A stretch of DNA of 64,000 bases from Moniliella sp. 'wahieum' (taxonomy: Eukaryota). The stretch covers positions 124,001 through 188,000 of the forward strand of contig RSEE01000005.1 of assembly GCA_003971905.1 (NCBI GenBank). Direction: 5' to 3'. The translations under genes were made by a program, and so were the position numbers. This document shows positions 1-10,994 of this stretch, piece after piece (the stretch's first letter is position 1; every line of letters starts with the position of its first letter). The notes under the pieces are model-generated. The model was not told the DNA's origin and ran no database searches. It worked only from the letters and a program-made list of their open reading frames with translations.

Positions 1-285
1 TTCGAAAGAGTCGGAGGCGTCAAAAGCCTGCTCCTCATCCGAGGCGCCAGGGATGTAGTGCTCGACAAAGGAAGGCGAGGTGCCAATGTTCTCGGCGTAG
101 AAAGCCTGGGAGCGGGAGTAGGACCAAACAAGATCCAAGCTGCTCTTCCATGTTGGCTGCTGGTGGCCACGAGTCTCGCGATCACGGCGGCCCGAGGATG
201 GGCCAGGAGCGGCGCCTCTACCACTGGGCCCAGGCACGGGGCGCGGCGTGGGGATGGGCTTGCCACTGGGCGCGGCGGCAGGCAT
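1..285 (-). CDS. 5' end of a gene running off the window; possibly a vacuolar amino-acid transporter (Avt1-like) N-terminus
   Basis: Open frame from ATG at 285 to the window edge: MPAAAPSGKPIPTPRPVPGP...WKSSLDLVWSYSRSQAFYAENIGTSPSFVEHY. The product guess rests only on resemblance of the SLDLVWSYSRSQAFY segment. Confidence 0.4.
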   Translation of the reverse strand, partial: MPAAAPSGKPIPTPRPVPGPSGRGAAPGPSSGRRDRETRGHQQPTWKSSLDLVWSYSRSQAFYAENIGTSPSFVEHYIPGASDEEQAFDASDSFE

Positions 286-804
286 CAAGTCGGGTTCGAT
301 TGGTGGGCACCTCAAGCGAAGGTGGAAGGCGAGCGATGGGGGTGGTGGTGCGCTGGAAGAAGACGAGAAAGAGCAAAGATAAGCGGTGCTGTGCTGATCC
401 TGCCTCCGTTTGTCCCATGCCGTTTGCAACAGCAGCCGACGTTCGCTGCAACCAAACCACGCCAGTGTCATCTGCGTTTCTCTTGCTTTTCTTTTCCCTT
501 TTCGGCTACGGCGGCCAAGCACGCGATTGAAACATTCAGCTGGTGTGATGGTCGGTGGACGCAGATCCTCTGGACCTGGCTAAGAGTAAGAAGTCTACCA
601 CACTGCATGCATTGTGACATGTGACACTCGCTCCAGCAGGCCAGCGTCGCCAAGTATACGCGAGTCACGCGCGTCTCGCCATAGCATCCATGAGCCAGCA
701 GCAGCGCATCCCACTGAGTATCAAATACATCATGCGCCACACCCAACCACCCTCCGCCCGGTCCGGGAGCAGGCACACTGCACTGCACCCGCTCGACCTC
801 ACCC

Positions 805-3755
805 TTACCACCGCCGTGGCCCGGGCCCAGTGAGATACATCTGGTCCAACAGCCCCCGCACCCCGCCTGGGCGGCCGCCATCTGCGGCGTCGGCTCTGGC
901 ATCGACGACGCGGCCAACGCAGCGGGGTCTTCAAAGCCATCCTCCATCATGGCCGGGGTTGTTGGTGCCGGTCCAGGCCCCCCTCCTCCTCCTCCTCCCC
1001 TGGTTCCACCCCTACCTCGCCACTTGGGCGTCCCGAGCGTGGCAAGCTGCCCTGGCTCTCTTCCACCGCCTGGAGCGGGGCTGACCGCACAGCCAAAGGC
1101 GACGTACCGGCCGCCAAACCTGTGCCCATCCTCCCAGCCAAACCCAGCTGGATCGAGTGGGCAATCTCGTCGTCGGCCCCATAGGCATAGGGATTGTACC
1201 CATTGCTTGGGTAGCCCGGGTTCGGGCCCATACTCATACCCGTGCCGGTACCTGCGGCACCCAGCATCACCGAATTCATCGGGGTAAAGTGAAGGCGCCG
1301 CCGCTGCACAAGGGGAGACGATGCGGTACGCACCCCGCTTGCTCCTTCGGGCTTGCCTGCCATTCGTGAGAGGTACAGGTTCAGCGAAGCGCGATGGGGT
1401 TGCCAGTCCGGGTGGGCGGCCTTAAAGTTGAGCACTGATTGCTCCATTTTCCCCTCCTTGGAAGCCATCCGCTGATCCGCGGCTGACTCGGGCGCCCCAT
1501 ACGCATTAGACCCGTTGCGCTCCAGGTTAAAGTCGGCAAAGGCACAAACGTAGCCCAATCCTTCGACATATACAGTGTAGGTCCGGAAAAAATCGATGAT
1601 CGCCTCTGCACTCTGAGGCAGAGAGCACCAGAGGATAAATGGGGTCAGGAGCACCGACCACAGCTCGGTGACAAACAGACTGATCTTCAACTGGCACAAT
1701 CGACCAAACTCTTGGTGCACCTCGGCGCTGTGAAAATGCCCGACCCAGTGCGGAGGGAGGTAATGAATGTAGTCCACCACCTCAGCCAGAGTCTGTTCCG
1801 GGTCAAAGACCAGATGTTCCTCGGGGATCATGCCACGCGCCACGGCGGTAATGGTGGCAAACACGCTGACGTAGAATAGAACACTGCGCTGTCCGCCGAG
1901 ATAAAAGTGGAGGAACAAGTCCGAGTCGTACAGAGACGCCAGTAGTAACACCGCCGTGAACGCACCAGCGACAAAGGCAACGAAGCGGGCAACAATGGCG
2001 ACCGATTCCTTAGGAAACTGGTTGATGTATCTTCGGGCAGCAGGGTAGGATCGATGAATTCGTCGCTTGAAGAGGTGTGGCAGCTCGTTAAATTCGCGAA
2101 ACTTCCAGCGGGCCCATTCAGTGTACTGCCGCGAACCCAGATTGGAAGGATCCTTGTGATACTCTTCAAAGTAGCGGAGAAACGAGTAGACCAACACATA
2201 CAGCACAATGAAGGGAGAGCACAGCGTGTTGACCAACGCCATGAAATAGAAGCGATGGCGTAGACCCCGGATCAACGGCTCGCGGTACCGCTCCGAAAGA
2301 AATTGCTTCCGCAGCACAGAGTGCTCGTCAAACAGAAAGTCCAAGAGACAGTACTTGAGGTTCCACAATAGGCTGCGCGTCAAAATGGGCTCAGGTGTAA
2401 TGCCAACAAAACGGACCCAATAGGCCATGCGCGGCGACAAGGGAGGACGAAGATCCGGAACGTCCTTGTTGAAGAGGGCAATGAGGAAATTTTCTTGCCG
2501 CATGATCCGATTTGCCACATTGTGTGCATCCATCGTGTTCGCCGAAGGGGGGGAGTCCCCCGGACGGCTGCTGCTACCGGCAGCAGCTGGATTCATTGGG
2601 TCAAGGCTCGTGTTACGAGGCTCGAGAGAGACGATAGGATTGGTGGTCCGCAGGTTGGAGAGGCGATTCACAACTTCGTTCCATGAGATGGAGGCCACGT
2701 CCGCCTAAAGAAAAAGAGTCAGCATAAGCATCTCAGCGTGTAGGAATGATGGAGTTTTGGACATACGTCAGGAATGTCGAGAACATAAGTGTAAAAGCGG
2801 CGCATAGCCCAGAGCTGGGGGATCTGAAATGCGGTGGCCCAACCTGCCAGGCAAAGATCAGAAACAGGAAGAAGTAGAGCAGCTTGGAGGAAAAGGAAAA
2901 ACGGGAAAAACATTGGGGGACAATAATGTCGTCCAGCTGGCCATTGTGGCGGATCTTACTGAAGTCGAGGCATCCACCAATAAAGGTGGAGAAGCTGACC
3001 ACAAATGCAAACGTTGCCAATCCGAGAACTTTGGATAGAACGAGGGCGATGAAACCCTTTCCATAGTAGTAACTGTACGCCTCGCGCAGAAACGCGTCCA
3101 GATCGACAATATTGACCCACTGCCATAGCGCACGATCACGCGGGGAGAGTGCAGCTACCGCTCCACGAGTAGCGGATGATCGGGAAGCATAGTGGGACCG
3201 GTACACCGCCGACGTCACGTCGTCTGGTGGTGGTGGTGGAGAGAAGGCAGAGAGAGCGGCGGCGGGAGGTATGCGTGCGGGTAGGGCGGATTGTGTCTCA
3301 ACATCAGCATCAAACAGGGGATCTCCTCACCTTCTTGATGGGTATAGATGCAGAATGGCTCAGTCCGAGCGAGCGCTCCTTCTCAGCGCGTGCAGCTATC
3401 CTGCGACCAACGCTGGCGATGGAGGCAGCCATGCTCTGAGCGGCCGCAGCAAATGAGGCTTGTCCATATCCATCGTCGTACACATCGTCATCGTAATCGT
3501 CAACATCGGCCTGGTCATCGTGGTCTTGGTTGTCGTAGTATTCAGGGCCACGGGCGACGGGCGCAGGTGCGGGTGCCCCCGCAGATGACGACGATGCGGC
3601 ATCCGCTGCGCCGGGGCTGGGGGCACTGGCGGGATGCTCCTCCTCAAAGGGCGATGCAATGCTGGTGTCGGCCAGGAGGGTGTGGGAGTGGGGATGGGGA
3701 TGGGTGGGTGGGGCGCAGGAGCTGGCGATTGGTCTGGAAGAAACGGGTCAGCCAT
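805..3755 (-). CDS. ATG9: Autophagy lipid scramblase Atg9 (frameshifted in the assembly; intron ~2705-2766)
   Basis: Atg9 motifs: ALWQWVNIVDLDAFLREAYSYYYGKG, DAHNVANRIMRQENFLIALFNK, ARWKFREFNELPHLF, GLGYVCAFADF, GKMEQSVLNFKAAHPDW. Intron GTATGT...GCTGAC...TTTAG. C-terminus ...GLLDQMYLTGPGPRRW*. Confidence 0.95.
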
Positions 3756-4494
3756 GGCGGCGGCGGGAGACAAGGTGGTGGTGGCCGAGCCACTGCTAAC
3801 CGCAATAAGCAGCGGCGCACACAGTAGATGGGACAGGAGCCAGCTGACGTCAGCACACCCCGCATTGCGCTATCAACGTCGACATCAATCTCAATATCAC
3901 TCGCAAGGAGTCGGAGTAGGATTGCATTCACATGTCACACAGGCTCGTCGTGCGGGGTTAAATATCTAAGCCAACGCTATTAGCGCCGAAGTACTCAATA
4001 CGCGCGCTCAGCCTTGCTATTAGGGCAGGATGCAGGCGGCAAACGAGAAAACCGGAGGGAACCGGGAAAGCGCACAAACAACCCCTCAGCCGGGGCCCCA
4101 GGCGGAAGCCTGAGCCTCAGGCTCCATTGCTATATCATGCCCTGCTGATTCCAGCCCCCTAGCACCCAGCCCCTGGGTGGTCCGTGCTGTTCCCCGCAAA
4201 ACAGCCAAGCCACAACAGAGCATGCGGAGATGAGAAAACACATGAAAACAAGGATGAGACTAGCGCCGTGCAAGCGTCTTTGCTCCGCAAAAACAGTAGA
4301 AAGCTGTGACCACAGAAGAATGAAAGACCAATGTATCCTCCTCCCTCTTTACTCTTTCTGCTTCTCCCTCCCTCAACATATAACCTGCTCCCCATCTCTC
4401 CTTCACTCCCCCATCCAAATTTTCTTTGCTGCCAAAAAAGAAAGCTCCCCCTTTTCCCAATCTCGATATTTCCCACCCTACCAACCACATCAGC

Positions 4495-5782
4495 ATGGAT
4501 ACGACCACGATTGATCCCATTGCCTCCAGCAGCAGCTTGACCATTTCTGGGCCAACGTCCCGCTCACCCCGCCCGACGCTGTCTTCCGTCTCACGGCCAA
4601 CTACGAAGCCGACACGAGCGATTGCAAAGTCAACCTTGGTGTAGGTGCCTATCGGGACGAAAGGGGCATGCCATGGATTCTGCCAAGCGTGCAAGCGGCC
4701 ACAGAAGCATGGATCGCTGATCCTGAGACGACCCACGAGTACCTGCCCATTACAGGGCTAGAGACGTTTACCCGAGCAGCAGTTCAGCTGATCTTTGGGT
4801 CTGACAGCCCGGTGTTGTCGGCGGGCAGGTAGCCTCCGTCCAAACCATCTCTGGTAGGGGGCAAACCATCTGGGGGCCCTCTTTCTCGCACATTTTTACT
4901 GCTTCCCTGCAGGGCCCGACGGGACCAAGCAAAAACAGATCTACGTCTCGCGCCCATCGTGGACGAACCACGAGGGGATCCTTCAGGCCGTAGGGATCAC
5001 CATGGTAGAGTACCCTTACTACGACCCGCACATCCGCCTCGACTTCACTGCCCTGCTCCATACCCTGGACCAGGCCTGATCACAGTATTCTCCTCCACCC
5101 GTGTGCCCACAACCCCACCGGTGTCGACCCGACACGAGAACAGTGGCAGGCAATCGCAGCTGCTTTATGGCACGCAAACATCATTTCGCCTTTTCGACTG
5201 TGCGTACCAAGGCTTGCCTCGGGCGACCTGGATGCCGACGCAGGGGCCATCAGGCACTTTGCTCAGCGCGGCGACATCCCTTTGCTCGTGTGCCAAAGTT
5301 TTTCCAAGAACGCAGGCTTGTACGGCGAGCGAGTTGGCGCGCTGCATATTCTTGCGCCTAGTTGCACAGCGCAGGTTACTTCCCAACTCAGTACCCTGAT
5401 TCGCACGGAAGTCAGTACCCCTCCGCATATGGAGCACAGGTAGTGCGGCGCCTGCTCACGAATGCAAGGTTCATCAGCCAGTGGCAAGCGGATGTGAAGA
5501 CGATGGCACTACGGATCCAGGAGATGCGGCAGGCATTGTTGCGGCTTTGCAGCGCCGTTGTACCCCCGCCGGCCGGCGTGAATGATTGGTCCACATACTG
5601 GAGCAGATGGCATGTTTTGTTTTACAGGGCTGAACCCGCTGCAGTGTCAGGTTTTGGTCCACAACTATCACATTTACCTAACTGCCAATGGCCGCATTTC
5701 CATCGCCGGCCTCACACGGTCCAATGTGGAATATGTGGCACAGGCCATTGATGACCTGGTGCGCGCCGCCGAGCAGAGCTAG
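4495..5782 (+). CDS. AAT2: Aspartate aminotransferase, cytosolic type (frameshifted)
   Basis: Stitched frames give KVNLGVGAYRD, HEYLPITGL, CAHNPTGVDP, FDCAYQG, the PLP-lysine motif QSFSKNAGLYGERVGAL, GMFCFTGL and HIYLTANGRISIAGL. Confidence 0.93.
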
Positions 5783-6019
5783 GAACTATAGACACATTGC
5801 TGTTTGTCGCTCCCTCTCTTCCATTTCATGTTTAAACCTCGGCATTTGAATCCCTCTGCTCTTGTCTCTCTACCCGTATCCTCCCGTCATCCCATCAACC
5901 TGCTCCCGGCCCATCCAAAGTTTCTAGCTGATCCCAATCTCATGGTTTTCCAGGTCACTCCAATCCCATAGCTCCACGTCCGCACCTCCTCCAGGGCGTC
6001 GCCCCAGTGGCCAGGTGGG

Positions 6020-6855
6020 CTACGTGAGCCGGATCAGGATAAAGATCAAGATCCAGGAAACGACGACGGTGGCAAGGGAGTAGATGGTGAGCCAGGTCAT
6101 GGAGCGAGCGCGGTGGCTCACCTCGCCCAAGCGACCTCGTGTGCGCGTCATAAAGTCCAGGTTGCTCGTCAATTGGTCTCGGCCGCCTCGACGAGGTGAC
6201 GATCCCGTTCCAGTGCCTGAGCCAAGGCTATGCTGTTGCCTTTCAGTGTCCCGGCCATCCGCACCAACTCGCCCATCAGCCCCGCTTGCATTGCGCGCGA
6301 CGAAGCGTGTTCCGCATTGGCCTGGTCCTCTTCCTCTTCCTCTTTCGTATCCGTCTCGTTTTCCCAGCCACAGGTGGGGAGGGAGCCAGAGAGAGACGCA
6401 CCACCATACTCAGCTTCTAGCTCATCCGCATCCAACACTGGCTGGCGGCGGCGAAGACCCCCTGCAAGCCCGAGCGCTGTATAAGACTGGGATGGAGGCG
6501 GGGGGGGGCGAGGGAGAAAGAGGGGCGGAGAGAGAGGGGGCAGAGCCGATGTCGAAGGGACAGATGCTGATGTGGGCGCAGACACAGATGCAGTGTTGGC
6601 AGGACAGACCTTGAAGTGGTAGGAGATGAGGTGCCGGCATCAGGCAAAGAGCGGGAGAAGTAAGATCGACACTACCTCCCAGCTCGGCCAGAAGGTCTGC
6701 AAAGACGGGCTGGGGATGAGGCGACCTGGACAGACGGGCAGAATGGGAGGTGCGGTCAGTAGTCTGCGCTGGTGTCGGTAGGGAGCAACGTGACCTATCC
6801 CGTTGCAGATGGGGCGAACTTACTGGGACGTGAGCAGCATTGGTGCGGCGGCCAT
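6020..6855 (-). CDS. USE1: ER Qc-SNARE Use1/Slt1-like tail-anchored protein
   Basis: SNARE-like helix ELVRMAGTLKGNSIALAQALERDRHLVEAAE..LTSNLDFMTRTRGRLGEVS followed by a C-terminal TM segment WLTIYSLATVVVSWILIFILIRLT*. GTAAGT...CTGAC...CAG intron near the 5' end. The start is uncertain. Confidence 0.7.
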
Positions 6856-7213
6856 GGCGAGGGGGTTAGAGGGAGGTGATGGCAGCGCGGCGGAAATGAG
6901 CGCCACGTTCCAACTTCACTTGGAGGGTCCCCACTTAATTAATGAACTTAGTGATCTGTTCAATGTTTCGACGTTGGCCGGTGTTCAGCGGCTCCGCGCC
7001 TATTCGAAGCGCAATTCTGTCGCAAACTGCATGGTCCTTGGGGGGCCTACTACCACTGGGTTACTGAACCGCCTGAGGAAAGTGAGAACACAAACTACCA
7101 GCCCACGTAACCTCATCCGCTAAATGTACTCTCCATCTATCTTCATCCTCATCCTCATCATCCTCATTATCTTTGCTTGAGGACAAACGGTAGTGCAGTC
7201 GCTTAGGCCCGAG

Positions 7214-8631
7214 TTACGCATCCTCCCGCACCCAATCTCCACTGCGTCCACCGCTTTTGGCCACAACCTTGAGATCGTCAATCACCATCTCGGTACCCGC
7301 CAGGGCCTTGGTCATGTCCCAAACGGTGAGGCATGCAGTCGAACGCCAGCCAAGGCTTCCATCTCGACACCCGTCGGGCCAGTGGTACGCGCGGTACAGC
7401 GGACCACGACATAACACCCTCCCTCCTCTGGCTCGTCCCAGGCCAGATCCACCTCCACTTGGCTCAAGGCCAACGGGTGCACAGCGGTACTAGCTCCGCT
7501 GTTTTTTTGGCACCCATGATCCCAGCCAACTGAGCAGTGTGGAAGATGGGGCCTTTGGTAAGAGGTCCACGACCCTGTTCTGCCGCCTGACCGCCTCCAC
7601 CGTCCCGCTCGGTAGCCAGATCCGGCCTTGGGCTGTGGCGCTGCGCCGGGTAGCAGCTTTGTGCGATACATCCACCATGTGCACTCCGCCCTCTTTGGGC
7701 CCTGGGGGGGCAACGTGGGTTAGGCGTGGGGCTGCAGGTACCGGGCGCGGCACAGATGGGGGTGAAGTGTACATTGATCCTCTCCTGGCCGACGAGCTGA
7801 TGCCTCCATTTGAGTCGAGTCCCGTGCAACCATCTGTGCCACAAGGGCTTTCATGGCCAGCGTTTCGGCGCTGTCCCCGGGGTGAGGGGCCGTGGCAGAG
7901 GCTGCATTCACAGGCGAGGTAGGCGCGGGCACAGGCGCTGACGGAGGCGCAGGTGCATCCCTAGGCGGCGGGACCAACGGCCCACCCAAATTCGAGTCCC
8001 GTGCAACCATCTGGGCCACAAGCGCTTTCATAGCCAATGTCTCCGCGCTGTCCCCCGGTTGCGGAGCCGTGGCCAAGCCCATAGCCAGATCATGTCCGTC
8101 CCACCCTTGCGAGGCGAACGGGGAAGAAGTCGGACCGGAAGGCAGGGGCGCAACGACGGTGGAACTATCGGCAAAGGCATCGAGGTTGGACCAGGGATTG
8201 TCGTCGTCCTGGCTGGTGCCCATGTATTCGGACCAAGTCTGTTGCGCTGGGTTGGGGTTGGACGCCATGCTTGGGGAAGTGGGCCGGGGGTGGTGAGCGA
8301 ATGTGGTCTGGGCTCGGTCCATGGAAGGGGCAGCGCTGAATGAGGGCGGGAACGCGGACGGAGTCAAGGACGAAGGGGACGAGCCAAAGTACTTGCTTGG
8401 GTCTACGTCTTCCCACCCATCAAAGTGCAGCATATCGTTCCATGCGTTGGCGAGGTCATCGTGATCGGTACCGTTGTTGGGGGCGAGCGGGCAGTAACAG
8501 TGGAGGTATGGAGAGTACGAGCAGAGCTGCGCAGTGCTGCTCCGAATGGACGGGAACGCAGGCGCGCGTGGAGCCGCGGGCGGGCCGCGCCCCCGAGCGG
8601 ACGGTAAGAGGCAGGGAAGACGAGGTGGGGG
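7214..8631 (-). CDS. MOCS1: Linker plus MoaC (cPMP synthase, MOCS1B-like) part of the Moco biosynthesis gene
   Basis: RLTHV..GGVHMVDVSHK, KGPIFHTAQLAGIMGAKKTAELVPLC(H)PL, TTGPTGVEMEAL, LTVWDMTKA, VVAKSGGRSGDW. Preceded by a low-complexity linker starting at a splice acceptor (8632). Confidence 0.92.
7815..8073. repeat. Two ~82-nt direct repeats (7815-7896, 7992-8073) encoding ATAP[Q/H]PGDSAETLAMKALVAQMVARDS
   Basis: The peptide appears twice in ORF 7720..8637. The DNA copies differ mainly at third codon positions. Confidence 0.9.
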
Positions 8632-8827
8632 CTGCAAACAAAAGGGAAAATGACGGAATCAGCAGCTACTCGACAACACAACCATCCAAATGTACCTCCA
8701 CTGGGTCCCGAGTGCAGGGGCACCCCCCAAGAGAAATGGGGGAAGGGAATATTAGGAACGGGGGATAAATAAGGGGTCGAGCAACGCTGTAGGTACATAT
8801 GGGCAGGAAAGTGAGGTTGCCGGTTAC
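8632..8827 (-). other. Putative alternatively retained intron whose 5' splice site overlaps the MoaA stop codon
   Basis: The minus strand reads ATT GGC GG|GTAACC ... GCTGAT TCCGTCATTTTCCCTTTTGTTTGCAG|CCCCCAC: a donor, a branch-like site, a polypyrimidine tract and a CAG acceptor (196 nt). Confidence 0.75.
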
Positions 8828-10355
8828 CCGCCAATGTGGATCATGGGTCGATTCTTTTGCCGTGCAATGTCGCCGGCGATCGCATCCCGGCATGCTTGGC
8901 ATGTTTCCGCCCCACCGCCGCGGCAATCACCTCCAACAGTTCCTCGTCCGTTGCCCCGCCCTGCCCAGAAGTCGTTACCCCCCCCTGCCTTCGGCCCCGT
9001 GCCCCGCATCTGGTCGCGGAGGGAGACCTCCGTGTTCCCAAACAAGCACCCTTCAGGTTGCCGTCGGCTGTGATGCGCAATCGATTGCACGTACCGCAAA
9101 AATGGTCGGTCATACTGGATCATCAGTGCCAGTGCGTCAGTACAGCCGAACGCAACAAATTTCTTACCGAGGACAGCACGTACCTTGTGATGAAACCAAG
9201 GCTACCTTGGTACCCAGGGACACGCCAGTGCTTGCTCGTGTCATCTTATCGTCTTGGAGGCGTTCCAGTGGCCCATAGATGTTTTGGAGCTGAGCGAGCA
9301 ATGTCTGATACGGAACCAACTTGGACGTTTGCCATTGGTTGCCGTCAAAGGGCATGTACTATGAGCGGGCCAAGTGGTTAGGACCACCAAGCCAGAACCA
9401 GAAACAGGACAGGCCACAAAAGAGGAAGGTGAACGTACCTCAATAAACCGCACGACAAACATTATGCTCGCGTGTGTAATCAACAAATGCGCGCAATTCT
9501 TCGGGCGAGTCGTTGAGGCCCTTGAGGACGACGACATTGATCTTCACGCTCTGCAAGGGAAGTGACTGGGCTAGTTCAAGCGCGGCTAAAACCTTGTCCA
9601 GTGCACCGGCCGGGCCCGCGTCATAATCTCAAATTTGAACGGTCCATCGTGTCGAGAGAAAGGTTGAGGTGGGTAAGTCCAGCGTCAACGAGCGCGGGCA
9701 GACGGCGGGTAAGTGCCACCCCATTCGACGTCATTCCGATTGATTCCAGGCCATCGGCACGTAAGCCGCCCGAGTGCGGCTGAAAGGGGAGCGAGTTAGA
9801 TGGGGAAAAGAGAGGGAGACAGCGGGAAAAAGGGGGTAGGAATTTGGGAGGCAGGGGCATGGACACGCACTGAGAATCTCGGGCAAGTCGCGGCGAATAG
9901 TAGGCTCGCCCCCTGTGAGGCGGATTTTGGTCACACCGCTGTGCACAAAAGGCGGGCAGGCGACTGAGCTCGTCGGCGGTGAGCAACTGAGCAGAGGGAG
10001 TAAGCGGGACGCCGTCGGCAGGCATGCAGTACATGCAGCGCAAGTTGCATGCATCGCTCGGTCAGGGACAGGCGGAGTAGGTGTGAGCACGGGCGGTGCC
10101 GGTCAATGAGCGCTGGCGCAACCGCGCGGCGGTCGATATCAGCAATGCGTTTGCGAGCGGTGCTAGCGAGGGCTTCGACGCTGGCAGACGGAGATGTGAG
10201 AGTGGAGATGGGGGCAGGGGCAAGTGAGCCGAGGCCTCGCCGCCTCGGCAAGGACGAAGACAAGGGAGAAGCCGGAGCAGCAGCCTTAGCCCTGGCTATG
10301 GCCATCGCCATTGGGCCCATTGAGGACGCGTGGCTTGCATCGACGGCAGCACCAT
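8824..10355 (-). CDS. MOCS1: MoaA radical-SAM GTP 3',8-cyclase (MOCS1A/CnxA-like), several introns, frameshifted
   Basis: LRLSLTERC-NLRCMYCMP (CxxxCxxC), KIRLTGGEPTIR, IGMTSNG, LNLSLDT, PFDGNQW, SMTDHFCGTCNRLRITADGNLK.CLFG and the C-terminal NRPMIHIGG*. Confidence 0.95.
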
Positions 10356-10994
10356 GATGGTGGTGAACGGGGCCGCGCGCCGTTGAGATGGAAGCAGGCT
10401 AAGAAGGTTTGCTGTGGCGGAGTTTTTTGTTTTCGGGTTGAGATCCGAGATACCAAAATCAATATCACACTTGCAATCTCGGGACCATGCGTACGCGTAC
10501 AGCGCAACCCGCTCCGGTGAATCACATGCATCATGCATCACCGTCTGCCGACTGCGGTGATGAATCTTCAATGGCCTAAACCTCTCCCATTCGAGGCCAA
10601 GCCCAGTTGATGGATGGTACCAACTTACAGCCACCACAAAAGAAGATAGGTGTCCACCACGAGGCTCACAGCGCTGACAGCAGCAGAGTCCTTGCGCACG
10701 CCTGCGGATTTTTATGTGGGATGGAACTGTAGTGAAGAAGCAAAAGGCAAAATGGAGAAGAGGTTTATAGAAGAGAATTCATACTGACGCGCATAAATGG
10801 GGAAAGAGGGGACAAAAGGGAGCCTGCCCGAAGAAAACCCAGAGAAGGGCAGAATACCAAGCAGAATCCACATGCCCGGGTAAAATGGTTTATGTGGTGG
10901 GGTCATACGATGGCTCCAACAAACGAACAGAGGGGAGAGGAGCCAAAAAGGGGGGAGAGAGCATAGAAGCGCGATGGTGTGAGGAACAGGGGGA

